Below, piece after piece: positions 12,026 through 20,652 of a stretch of DNA of 64,000 nt. The stretch's first letter is position 1; each line of letters begins with the position of its first letter. The position numbers and the translations under genes were made by a program. Source of the DNA: an uncultured delta proteobacterium. Its GTDB lineage: Bacteria > Desulfobacterota > Desulfobacteria > Desulfobacterales > UBA2156. Where the stretch lies: the NCBI GenBank assembly GCA_963736855.1, contig CAVTQK010000020.1, positions 105,670 to 169,669 on the forward strand, given 5' to 3'. The notes under the pieces are model-generated. The model saw only the letters and a program-made list of their open reading frames with translations. It had not been told where the DNA came from and did not search any database.

Positions 12026-13744
12026 TCATGGTTGAATCGGTTTCAAAAGGCAAAACGACCAGGTATTTCCGATTCCTTCTAAATTGTTCACCCAGCCTGA
12101 AAACCGATCATTTCGAGCCGCCTCGATTATTTTGGGAGTATATAAAGGAAGATAAGGAAGATCCTTCATGAGCATTTTCTGCATCTGGCATATCAATTTT
12201 TTGCGTTCGTTTTTGTCCATGGTGGAAGCGCTTAAATCCGAGATCCGGTCAAACTCCGGGTTATGGTATCCGCTCATGTTTTGGTCTCTGGCTTTGTCGT
12301 GGCGGGAATGGAAGAAGGTGCGGATCCAGTCCGGGTCCAGAGAAAGCTGGCCGTAGGCCAGTATAAAGGCATCAAATTCCCTCCGAACTTTGATTTGGTC
12401 TACAAGGGATCCGAAAGCCATGGGTTTGGCCGATACCGGCATCCCAAAACAGCGCAGCCATTCCTGAATAATGGTACCGCTTATGGCCCTTAGGGGATCA
12501 TAGTCTGCCGGGGGGGTCAGAATCGTAAAGTTTTGCATGGGCTGCCCTCCTGGAATCCGGATCTCCTCGGCCTGGGTCACCACCCCTGCTTCATTGACCG
12601 GCGGAACCTTCCAGGTATATCCCGCATCTTTTAATAGCTTAAAGGCCTCTTTAACCCGTTGGTCTTGGGAAAGGCCCCCACCCCAGTCCTTATCGGGGCG
12701 GCAATGGTAAAATTTATTTCCGGACGGCACCACGGTCTCCATCCGCTCCCCCTCTCCCTGGAGGATCCTGGAAATGATAAAGTCTTTGTCGATGAGGGTC
12801 GCCACTGCCCTCCTGAGTGCAACATCATCAAATGGCGGCTTCTTGAGGTTGAATCCCATGTAGTACATGGCGCTTCTTTCATTTCTAAAAAGCTCGATTT
12901 TCGGATCTTTCTTCAGATCCTCAAGGTATCCGGCCTGCACCGACCACCAGAACATGTCGATATCTCCCTTTTTTAAAGAGAGGATGGCAGCGTCGGAAGT
13001 TCCGAAAAATTTAAAGATGATCCCGTCGATATAGGGCCCGAGGGTTTTTCCGCAAACCAAAAGGTCTTTGCCGAAAAAATGAGGATTTGGAATCATGAAC
13101 AGGTAAGCCCCCTCTTTCCATTCCTTGAGCGAAAATGGCCCGTTTCCAATGGGTTTTTCCACTTTGTGGTTGATCAAGGTGGTCAGAGGCTTTTCGGCGT
13201 TTCTGGCTTTTTGAACCACCGGTTCCCACTCTTTTTTCGAAACGATGGGAGTGGTCAGCGTTCTGGATAAAAAGACGGCCATCGGTTCTTCGAGAACGAA
13301 GCGAATGGTCTTAGGACCTAAAACTTCGATGGCTTTAACGAAGCTCCATCGGTCATAATGCCGGGGTATCTTGAATTCTTTGATCAGGGTTCCCGTGAAG
13401 GCCACATCTTCTGCGGTCAATTCGGATCCGTCCGACCATTTGGCGTTTTTCAGCGTTACCGTATAACTGAGAGTTTCCGAGTCATACTCCGGGAGTTTTT
13501 CGGCCAGCCAGGGGATCAAATTGAGGGTTTCCGGATCCCGGGTGACGAGCCCCTGGTAGATCTCGGAGAGTACGGAGAGGGACCAGCGGTCGCTGGCTAG
13601 CCAGATATTCAGCGTTTTAGGTTCCTCGGAAAGCCCCACCTTGAGATACTGGACCTGTTTTGAAGCTCCGAAACCCACCGTCGACCCAAAGAGGATGGCT
13701 GCTATTGCCATTAAAAATAACGGTTTTTTGCCCATTAATATCAT
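12026..13744 (-). CDS. Peptide ABC substrate-binding protein (SBP family 5)
   Basis: Signal peptide; PWLAEK, KWSDGSELTAEDVAFT, PIGNGPF. Confidence 0.92.
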   Translation of the reverse strand: MILMGKKPLFLMAIAAILFGSTVGFGASKQVQYLKVGLSEEPKTLNIWLASDRWSLSVLSEIYQGLVTRDPETLNLIPWLAEKLPEYDSETLSYTVTLKNAKWSDGSELTAEDVAFTGTLIKEFKIPRHYDRWSFVKAIEVLGPKTIRFVLEEPMAVFLSRTLTTPIVSKKEWEPVVQKARNAEKPLTTLINHKVEKPIGNGPFSLKEWKEGAYLFMIPNPHFFGKDLLVCGKTLGPYIDGIIFKFFGTSDAAILSLKKGDIDMFWWSVQAGYLEDLKKDPKIELFRNERSAMYYMGFNLKKPPFDDVALRRAVATLIDKDFIISRILQGEGERMETVVPSGNKFYHCRPDKDWGGGLSQDQRVKEAFKLLKDAGYTWKVPPVNEAGVVTQAEEIRIPGGQPMQNFTILTPPADYDPLRAISGTIIQEWLRCFGMPVSAKPMAFGSLVDQIKVRREFDAFILAYGQLSLDPDWIRTFFHSRHDKARDQNMSGYHNPEFDRISDLSASTMDKNERKKLICQMQKMLMKDLPYLPLYTPKIIEAARNDRFSGWVNNLEGIGNTWSFCLLKPIQP

Positions 13745-14763
13745 CTTCTTCCCATCCGCTTGTGTGTGTTCTTTCCGGCTTTCATATCCTTGACCCGGTC
13801 TTCTATAAAATCGATTACATGAGCTTCCAAACGCACATGATTGAGCTGGTTGATCCGGGGGATTCCGCCCGGACTCACGCAGTTAATCTCCACCAGCTTG
13901 TCCGCGATAACGTCGATCCCCACGAAGTAGAGTCCATCGGCAATCAGTTTATTCTTAATCGTTCTACAAATCTCTTTCTCCTGGGGGGTAATCTCATGGC
14001 GGTGCGCCTTTGCGCCTGCGTGGATGTTGGTTCTGAAATCCCCCTTTTTCGGCATTCGTCGCATAGCCCCCAGGATTTCGCCGTTGAGTATGAGGATCCG
14101 GACATCCCCCTCTGCTTTGACTTCCTCCAGATACTCCTGAACCATAATGGGTTCCCGTTCCGGATAGTCTTTGTATGCGCGGATATAGTAATGAATCAAC
14201 GAGTTAAGGTTCTCCCGATCCCGGTCGCTGACCTTGATCACCCCCTCACCGCCGAATCGCGCCAGCGGCTTGAGTATCATGGCTCCCCCAAATTCATCAA
14301 TGAGCTTTTTGAGGCGGACCGGATCCCTGGAGACGTGGGTTTCGGGAATGATATCCGGAAAGTTCAGGGTGTAAAGCTTACTGTTTCCCATGATCTGTCC
14401 CAGGATGCTGTTGATGATGAAGACCCGGTTGCTGACCGGTTGGAGAAATTCCATTACCTGGTAATTGAGAGGTGGATTTTTCCGCAAAAAAAGGGCATCC
14501 AGCTCATATAGGGTTTCGAAGATCAGTTCGTCCTTTTTCAAGCACGTAACCAGCTCCCGCCAGTACCGCTTCATGGTAAGGCCTTTAGAAACGGTGATGT
14601 TTCGCATCCTGGCCACTACTTCCTCTTTACGAATGTAGACGTCGTGAGGCTCCAGGAAGTAGACGCTGTGCCCCCGCTCATTGCATTCATACATGAGATG
14701 GCTGGTGGTTTCGTTGATCGGTCGGATCGACCCTAATGGATCCATTAGAAACGCGATTTTCAT
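13741..14763 (-). CDS. Glutathione-synthetase-like ATP-grasp ligase (divergent GshB family)
   Basis: MKIAFLMDP, FLRKNPP, ILKPL..FGGEG, GDVRILILNG, FRTNIHAG, VGIDVI, EINCVSPGG. Confidence 0.85.
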   Translation of the reverse strand: MKIAFLMDPLGSIRPINETTSHLMYECNERGHSVYFLEPHDVYIRKEEVVARMRNITVSKGLTMKRYWRELVTCLKKDELIFETLYELDALFLRKNPPLNYQVMEFLQPVSNRVFIINSILGQIMGNSKLYTLNFPDIIPETHVSRDPVRLKKLIDEFGGAMILKPLARFGGEGVIKVSDRDRENLNSLIHYYIRAYKDYPEREPIMVQEYLEEVKAEGDVRILILNGEILGAMRRMPKKGDFRTNIHAGAKAHRHEITPQEKEICRTIKNKLIADGLYFVGIDVIADKLVEINCVSPGGIPRINQLNHVRLEAHVIDFIEDRVKDMKAGKNTHKRMGRR

Positions 14764-14841
14764 CTTCCCTTGTCCTTATGAAAAGGATTTCTGACGTTTT
14801 TAGTGCATCTTCCCATAGGAATCAACCCCTTCGACAAACAT

Positions 14842-17800
14842 TCAGCAAACCCCGACCTTCTCTTGGAGCTTTCGGAGGCGACTGCTGAGAACCTTGCAGA
14901 TATGAAGGGCGATCTCGGGATACTCCCTGACGATTTCCTTGAATTCCTCTTTGTGCAAAAAAAGAAATCGAGAGGGTTGTTCAGTTTTCACCGTCGCCGA
15001 ACGAACCTGATCCTCGAAAAGAGCCATCTCACCGAAATAATCTCCCTGCTTGATCCGATCCAGCTCGAATTCTGTTTCCTTACCGGCATCTTTGATAATG
15101 GAAACCGTTCCCTCGACAATCAAATACATGGTGTCGCCCGGACTTCCCTCTCTGATGACGATGTCACCGGCCGGAAAAGTAACTTCTTCCGTCACCGACG
15201 CCACGGCCGCAAGTTCACTCACCGAGAGTCCTTCGAATATCTCGATCCCTTTCAGATATAAAATTTTATCCGGAATGGTGATCTTTGCTTCCATCTCATT
15301 TTCCTTCTCGTCACGATTTTCCCGATGATGATACATCACGATGGCGGCCATCTCCCGGATGTGGGGGTTTTCTGAACTCGTAAGCTTTTCGACAGACCCC
15401 CATTCCACAGCTTCCGGTGATGATGACTGAATCATATACAAAGCCAGAACGACCGACACCCAGTCCTGCTTGTTTAAGAGATATGAAAAAAGAGCCTTTC
15501 CATCCGAATCCACTTGAGGAAGCGAAAAATATTTCCGTCCGGCAATCAGGCGCAAAGAAAAATCGGTGTCCTCCAAAAGGGGGAGCACGATTTTTGATAA
15601 GGATACATCCAGGACGTCTTCCAGGGCCTCCATACTGTTGGCGCGTTGTCTCGCATCAGAAGAAAAGACCCCCCGGGTAAGAATCTTCAATTTTCCGGTC
15701 GGGTCCTGCAAGGCCAGCACCCTCAGGCAGTTCTGCAGCCGCACCGTTTTTCCCTGGTCCAGGTGGCGGATCAACAGGTTACGGCCCGGGCTTTCGGTGA
15801 GACGTTTGAGGCTTTCGGCTTCCGAAAGGTTCCGGTAGCCGATCTCTACCTGGTTTCGGACGAACCGGTAGGTGTCGATACTTTTGATATTTAATCTTTG
15901 CAAAAGGTCAAAAATTCCTTCCCGGATTCTGCGTCCGGGCAAGCCCAGATACTCGATGAGGAGTGTTCCGTTGAGATAGTGTGCGGCAGCAATCTTTTCT
16001 TTTGCCAACGCATGTATGGCATCGGAAGGATCTCCCATGAGGAAAACGGCCTGCCTCAGGGTCTTGTCGTCGCCGATCTCCAGAACTTCCAGGGCTGCGA
16101 TGCGTGTCTCCTCGACTGGGTTTGACAGATAGGCAAAAGCGATTCGGTTCAAATCCGGCGCTTCAAGGTTTTTAAGTCCTTTGAGGATATCGGGAATCAG
16201 AGGGGCGTTTTCCTCAATTTCCAGAAGACCTGTCAGGCGCTTTCCGAAGACGGAATCTTTCGATACTCCGGCTGCTATCACCCCCGCCTTTATCGTGTGG
16301 ATCTCCTTAGAGGAAAGCCAGGCGTCAATCACCACCCGGTGTTTTTCAGGAGACTCACGGTACAGCCTTCCCAACACATGGGCCCTCACCCGCAGGTCTG
16401 TTGAGGTATTCAGGACTTCCTGCAAAAAGGATCGAAATCCCTCGTTTTCCATCTTTCCAGCCGACAGGACCAGCGCTTCCGTCAGGAGAGAATTCTCGGG
16501 ATGATACATTCTCAAAAACGTCGCTTCAGCCGAGGGATCGACCTTGGAAGAAAGAAGTTCCAACAGCCCGATTTTAGACTCATCGTCCACACCCTCGATC
16601 TTTTTCAAAACCAAAGCATCAAGCTCCTGCGGGAAAACAGTCTTCAAGAGCCGACCGTACCACAGGGCGTCTTTTCCTTTGGCCGAAAGAAAGGACTTTC
16701 CAAGCTGAAGGAGCATCACCTTCTCCCGGAACAATCCCTTCACGTCGCTTTCTTCCATGGATTTTAAATCGAGAACGTTTTTTGCCACCAGATTCAAAAG
16801 GATGTCCGCATACCGCTTTTTCAGGACAAAAGGCGCCACGATCCATAGCGCCACAAACGGGAGGGCTACAAGGGAAAGATACCGGGGATGAAACAGGGGT
16901 TCGGATAACAGAATCAACCCGGAACCCACGAACAGGCCGATTCGAACCGCGGTTCCCCTCAAGAAGGGCCTGACCAGAGGCCGGTAGGATTCCGGAAAAA
17001 GCCCCATGAGGATGGCGTTCGCGGGGATATTGATGGTGGTTCTGAGGATATTGGTCGACATACGGGCATAGATCGCGGAAACCACGTCGAATCGCAAGAG
17101 AAACGCGAAAAAGGCCAGCAGGTAGTTAAAGGGATGAAACATCAGCGCCACGGGAAGACCCCAATGGGCATAGATTCTCCCCACAAATAGAAGAATGACT
17201 AGGCTGATGACGTTGAGGAATCCCCTGAAATAGCCGAAAAATTGAATCAGGGCACCCTCGTTGGCAAACTGTTCATTGACCACAAAATTGAACTGGTAAT
17301 TCATGATCGGGATGACCACGTTGGGCATCAGGGTCAGGGCGATCAATACTTTTAACAAGACAGATTCCTTCAACAAGGGTAGGATGTTCTTGATCTCGTT
17401 CAGTGTGGAAGCGCTTTTCTTTCCTTTTTTGACTTTTTTTTCTGCTACCAAAAGGGCGGGAAACCGCCTGCTCATCCCTTCGACCACGACTGCGCCTAAA
17501 AGACACAATACCAGATAGGCCAGCAGAAGGTTGTCAAAGGTCAGGATTCTGGCCAGAAAAGGTGTGCCGAAACTGCTGATGATCAGGCCTATGACACCTC
17601 CCGCTGTCACCAGAGGGAAGATCCGTTTGGACTGCCGGGTATTAAATAGGTCGTTGGCGATGTTCCAAAAAAGGAGGGCCTGCAGCACCTCATACTGGGA
17701 CTTTAACATGAACAGAATCGGATAGATGAGGTCAATATCATAAGGAATTAGGGGTCGTATTCCCGCAACCGAAATTCCGCAGAAAACGAAAAGATAAGAA

Positions 17801-18051
17801 AAGAGTTTTGCATCCTTGAAACGGGTCATGAGGGCTGTCAGGATACCCATGACCGCAAAGGTGGCAAAGGCATTGATCATATTTACGATAGGAAGGTATT
17901 CGACTCCGTAGCGCTTAAGAAAGGCGGTTTCCGCATAGTTATCCAGGATCATCCCCGAGCTGCGGACTATAAACAGAAGCGCTACGGTCCACAAAAAGAG
18001 GCTGATCTCATTCTCGTAGATCTTCAGCCATCGGCTCAGCAGTCGTTTCAT
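14842..18051 (-). CDS. NTT/TLC-like MFS transporter fused to HEAT repeats and a C-terminal cNMP-binding domain
   Basis: ~12 TM N-terminus (AETAFLKRYGVEYLP, FWNIANDLFNTRQSKRIFP), helical repeats, C-terminal IREGSPGDTMYLIVEG...FGEMALFEDQVRSATV. Confidence 0.85.
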   Translation of the reverse strand: MKRLLSRWLKIYENEISLFLWTVALLFIVRSSGMILDNYAETAFLKRYGVEYLPIVNMINAFATFAVMGILTALMTRFKDAKLFSYLFVFCGISVAGIRPLIPYDIDLIYPILFMLKSQYEVLQALLFWNIANDLFNTRQSKRIFPLVTAGGVIGLIISSFGTPFLARILTFDNLLLAYLVLCLLGAVVVEGMSRRFPALLVAEKKVKKGKKSASTLNEIKNILPLLKESVLLKVLIALTLMPNVVIPIMNYQFNFVVNEQFANEGALIQFFGYFRGFLNVISLVILLFVGRIYAHWGLPVALMFHPFNYLLAFFAFLLRFDVVSAIYARMSTNILRTTINIPANAILMGLFPESYRPLVRPFLRGTAVRIGLFVGSGLILLSEPLFHPRYLSLVALPFVALWIVAPFVLKKRYADILLNLVAKNVLDLKSMEESDVKGLFREKVMLLQLGKSFLSAKGKDALWYGRLLKTVFPQELDALVLKKIEGVDDESKIGLLELLSSKVDPSAEATFLRMYHPENSLLTEALVLSAGKMENEGFRSFLQEVLNTSTDLRVRAHVLGRLYRESPEKHRVVIDAWLSSKEIHTIKAGVIAAGVSKDSVFGKRLTGLLEIEENAPLIPDILKGLKNLEAPDLNRIAFAYLSNPVEETRIAALEVLEIGDDKTLRQAVFLMGDPSDAIHALAKEKIAAAHYLNGTLLIEYLGLPGRRIREGIFDLLQRLNIKSIDTYRFVRNQVEIGYRNLSEAESLKRLTESPGRNLLIRHLDQGKTVRLQNCLRVLALQDPTGKLKILTRGVFSSDARQRANSMEALEDVLDVSLSKIVLPLLEDTDFSLRLIAGRKYFSLPQVDSDGKALFSYLLNKQDWVSVVLALYMIQSSSPEAVEWGSVEKLTSSENPHIREMAAIVMYHHRENRDEKENEMEAKITIPDKILYLKGIEIFEGLSVSELAAVASVTEEVTFPAGDIVIREGSPGDTMYLIVEGTVSIIKDAGKETEFELDRIKQGDYFGEMALFEDQVRSATVKTEQPSRFLFLHKEEFKEIVREYPEIALHICKVLSSRLRKLQEKVGVC

Positions 18052-18070
18052 CGTCTATCCCAACGTCGAA

Positions 18071-19021
18071 TCATGGACCGTCCGGTTCCTTATCCCAGGT
18101 CGAAGGCGGCTCGTCGGGATACAGAAATTTTTCTCCGGTCGGGCTCCAGACAAGTCTGAACCCGGAGGTATTCAAACGGCTGGCCGGATGCGCATGGGCA
18201 CGGTTCGCCGACCGGCACAAGTCGGCCGGGCCAAAAAAACTCCCTCCGCGGCGGACCCTGGCAATACCCGAGCCCGGTCCCTGGGGATCTTTCACCGATC
18301 CGGGAAAGTAATCGCCGTACCAATCCTGGCACCACTCCCAGACATTACCGTGCATATCAAAAAGCCCCCAGGCGTTGGGGGTATAGCTTTTTACTATGGC
18401 CGGACGATTCGGCGGAAATCCTCGGGTTTGGGAATATCTCATGCAGTCCGTCGCTCCTGCGATGCTGTTGGCAAACATGGCCTCATCACACTTAAGTTCA
18501 TTTCCCCAGGCAAAGGCGATATGGCTCCCGGCCCGGGATGCATATTCCCATTGAGCCTCTGTGGGAAGCCGGTATGTACCACGATAGATTTCATTGAGCC
18601 GGTTGATGAACCGGGTGCAGTCGAACCAGGAAACCTTGGTCACCGGCATGTCCGGGGTCCCTTTTTGACGTCCGATCCATGGTTTTCCCATGATCGTCCA
18701 CCACTGGCCCAGGGTGACCTCCGTGGTCATCATATAAAAGGATTCGGAGATTTCAACCGGATGCGGGGTTTCACTTGGAGCGCGATACCCTTCACCAAGC
18801 GGGCTTCCCATGGTGAATACCCCGGGATCAACGAGAATAAATTCCATACCCAGGGGGTTGACATACCGTTGCTTCGCCTCCGCTTGTATGGGGGTTGCGA
18901 TAAAAAGCACCAGGGCAACACCCAGGAGTGAGGTCTTTTTGAATCCGTAAAAGATTATTTTTTTGCTCCGACGGATTGCGGTTTCGTAACGATTGTTCAT
19001 GGGGACCCCTCTTTCATCCAC
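18071..19021 (-). CDS. Exported FGE-sulfatase (SUMF1/C-type-lectin fold) domain protein
   Basis: Hydrophobic leader; FTMGSP, RLPTEAQWEYASRAG, NAWGLFDMHGNVWEWCQD, RGGSF, SGFR. Confidence 0.88.
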   Translation of the reverse strand: MDERGVPMNNRYETAIRRSKKIIFYGFKKTSLLGVALVLFIATPIQAEAKQRYVNPLGMEFILVDPGVFTMGSPLGEGYRAPSETPHPVEISESFYMMTTEVTLGQWWTIMGKPWIGRQKGTPDMPVTKVSWFDCTRFINRLNEIYRGTYRLPTEAQWEYASRAGSHIAFAWGNELKCDEAMFANSIAGATDCMRYSQTRGFPPNRPAIVKSYTPNAWGLFDMHGNVWEWCQDWYGDYFPGSVKDPQGPGSGIARVRRGGSFFGPADLCRSANRAHAHPASRLNTSGFRLVWSPTGEKFLYPDEPPSTWDKEPDGP

Positions 19022-20448
19022 CGCTTCAATAAAACTTTATCAGATGGCTGAATGGCCGTAATTCTCAGTCGAACTACGTGTTTTTCCCCATTTTTTTCGA
19101 TTTCCATCACCTTTGCGTAGATGTCCCCGAAGCAATGGGCCTCCTGGCAAAAATCGAATTTTAACTTGACATCCGTCAGCGCGTCCACGGCCTTTGCAAT
19201 CTCTGCGACCATAAAGCTTTCCCCGACCTTGAGTGTTTCCCCCTGAATTTTTTCATCCAATACGCGCTTGCCGTCCACTGGACACAGGATAAAGGGGAGG
19301 GACATTGTCACACCTTCTTTTTCATCGGCCTGCGGATTGAGTTTTAAATTATAGGGAGGGCCTATCTCGGTGACCGAAAAATAGACCAAGGGACGCCTCA
19401 ATCCTTTCATCATCACGGTGTGGCTAGCTTCAATGGTGACCCGATCCTTAAGGGCCTGATATGTGGATTCGCCGATGAGCACCTGACCCCCTATGGTATT
19501 TGATTCGATCCGGGCTGCAGTGTTTACCGCCGCCCCAACGATCCCGTATTTTAAGCGCATTTCCGATCCGATGTTCCCGACAATGACGGGCCCGGTGTTG
19601 ATGCCGATCCCCATCTCGAGGGGTGGATACTCCTCTCCGACGATATTCTTGTCCAGGTCCTCCATGGCGTTCTGCATGGAAATACCGCATGCCACGGCGC
19701 GGAGCGCATCGTCATTGCGCCTCTCGGGGATTCCGAAGACTGTCAGAATCGCATCTCCGATGAATTCGTCGATCATGCCGTCGTATTCCAGAATAATTTC
19801 GGACATGCGTCCCAGATAGCGATTGAGGAGTCGCACCATTTCCTCGGGATCCCGGGTGTCGGAAAGGCCGGTAAACCCTCGCAAGTCAGACATGAGGATC
19901 GTTACCTGCTGGCGCCGGCCGCCGATCTTTCGGCCTTCCGGCGACTCGAGAATCTCGTCCACCACCTTTTTGGACAGGTATCGGCCGAAGGTTTCCCGAA
20001 TGAAATTCACGAGGCGAAGACGCTCTTCCGATACCCTGAAGATTTCTTCCAGCATATGCTTGCGGGTGGAAGAAATCTCCCGGATCTCCTTGGGCGTGCC
20101 CTCAGGAAGGACCACATCCCTAGCGGATGCACCCCCTTCCTGGATCCGACGGTTGGCTTCCACGATGGCTTCCAATGGTAAAATGACTTTTCGCGTCAAG
20201 AAGCCCCGAAAAGTCACCAGAACAAAACCAACGATAATGCTGATGAGGATGAGAATACGAACCGCGTACCAGAAAAGTGCGTTCCATGAATCATGCTGAC
20301 CGGTAATAAAGCTGTATAGGAGAGACCAGACCATGAGGATCCCCTCGATGACGAGGATACGCCAGAAGATTCCTCTAACTAAAACCCTCCTGACGCTGTC
20401 GGCATTCTCTCCATCGGGAAACAGTGAAAAAAGCTTCCCGGGACCCAT
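18997..20448 (-). CDS. Membrane class III nucleotidyl cyclase (2TM-HAMP-cyclase-PilZ-like C-terminus), Cya2-type specificity residues
   Basis: ILMSDLRGFT, IDEFIGDAIL, GIGINTG, GNIGS, KYGIVGAAVNTAARIES. Confidence 0.9.
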   Translation of the reverse strand: MGPGKLFSLFPDGENADSVRRVLVRGIFWRILVIEGILMVWSLLYSFITGQHDSWNALFWYAVRILILISIIVGFVLVTFRGFLTRKVILPLEAIVEANRRIQEGGASARDVVLPEGTPKEIREISSTRKHMLEEIFRVSEERLRLVNFIRETFGRYLSKKVVDEILESPEGRKIGGRRQQVTILMSDLRGFTGLSDTRDPEEMVRLLNRYLGRMSEIILEYDGMIDEFIGDAILTVFGIPERRNDDALRAVACGISMQNAMEDLDKNIVGEEYPPLEMGIGINTGPVIVGNIGSEMRLKYGIVGAAVNTAARIESNTIGGQVLIGESTYQALKDRVTIEASHTVMMKGLRRPLVYFSVTEIGPPYNLKLNPQADEKEGVTMSLPFILCPVDGKRVLDEKIQGETLKVGESFMVAEIAKAVDALTDVKLKFDFCQEAHCFGDIYAKVMEIEKNGEKHVVRLRITAIQPSDKVLLKRWMKEGSP

Positions 20449-20652
20449 CGTTTTTCTCCTTTAAAAACGTTTATGCCGGCGATAATCGATTCGAAATAAC
20501 AGATTTCCATATCACAAGGAACATTCGAATCCAACAAGGTTTTCTCTTCGGCAGTTCGGGGAAGCATCAGGTTTGTACCCGCCGAAACCGATTGTTTGTT
20601 GACACATGCAAATGTTTTTTCTATTTTTTAATTCAAAGAAACCATTCTTCCG

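Noticed and set aside
18071..19021. Active formylglycine-generating enzyme or DGR target
   Set aside because: Lacks the paired catalytic Cys motif; no template repeat or reverse transcriptase in the window.
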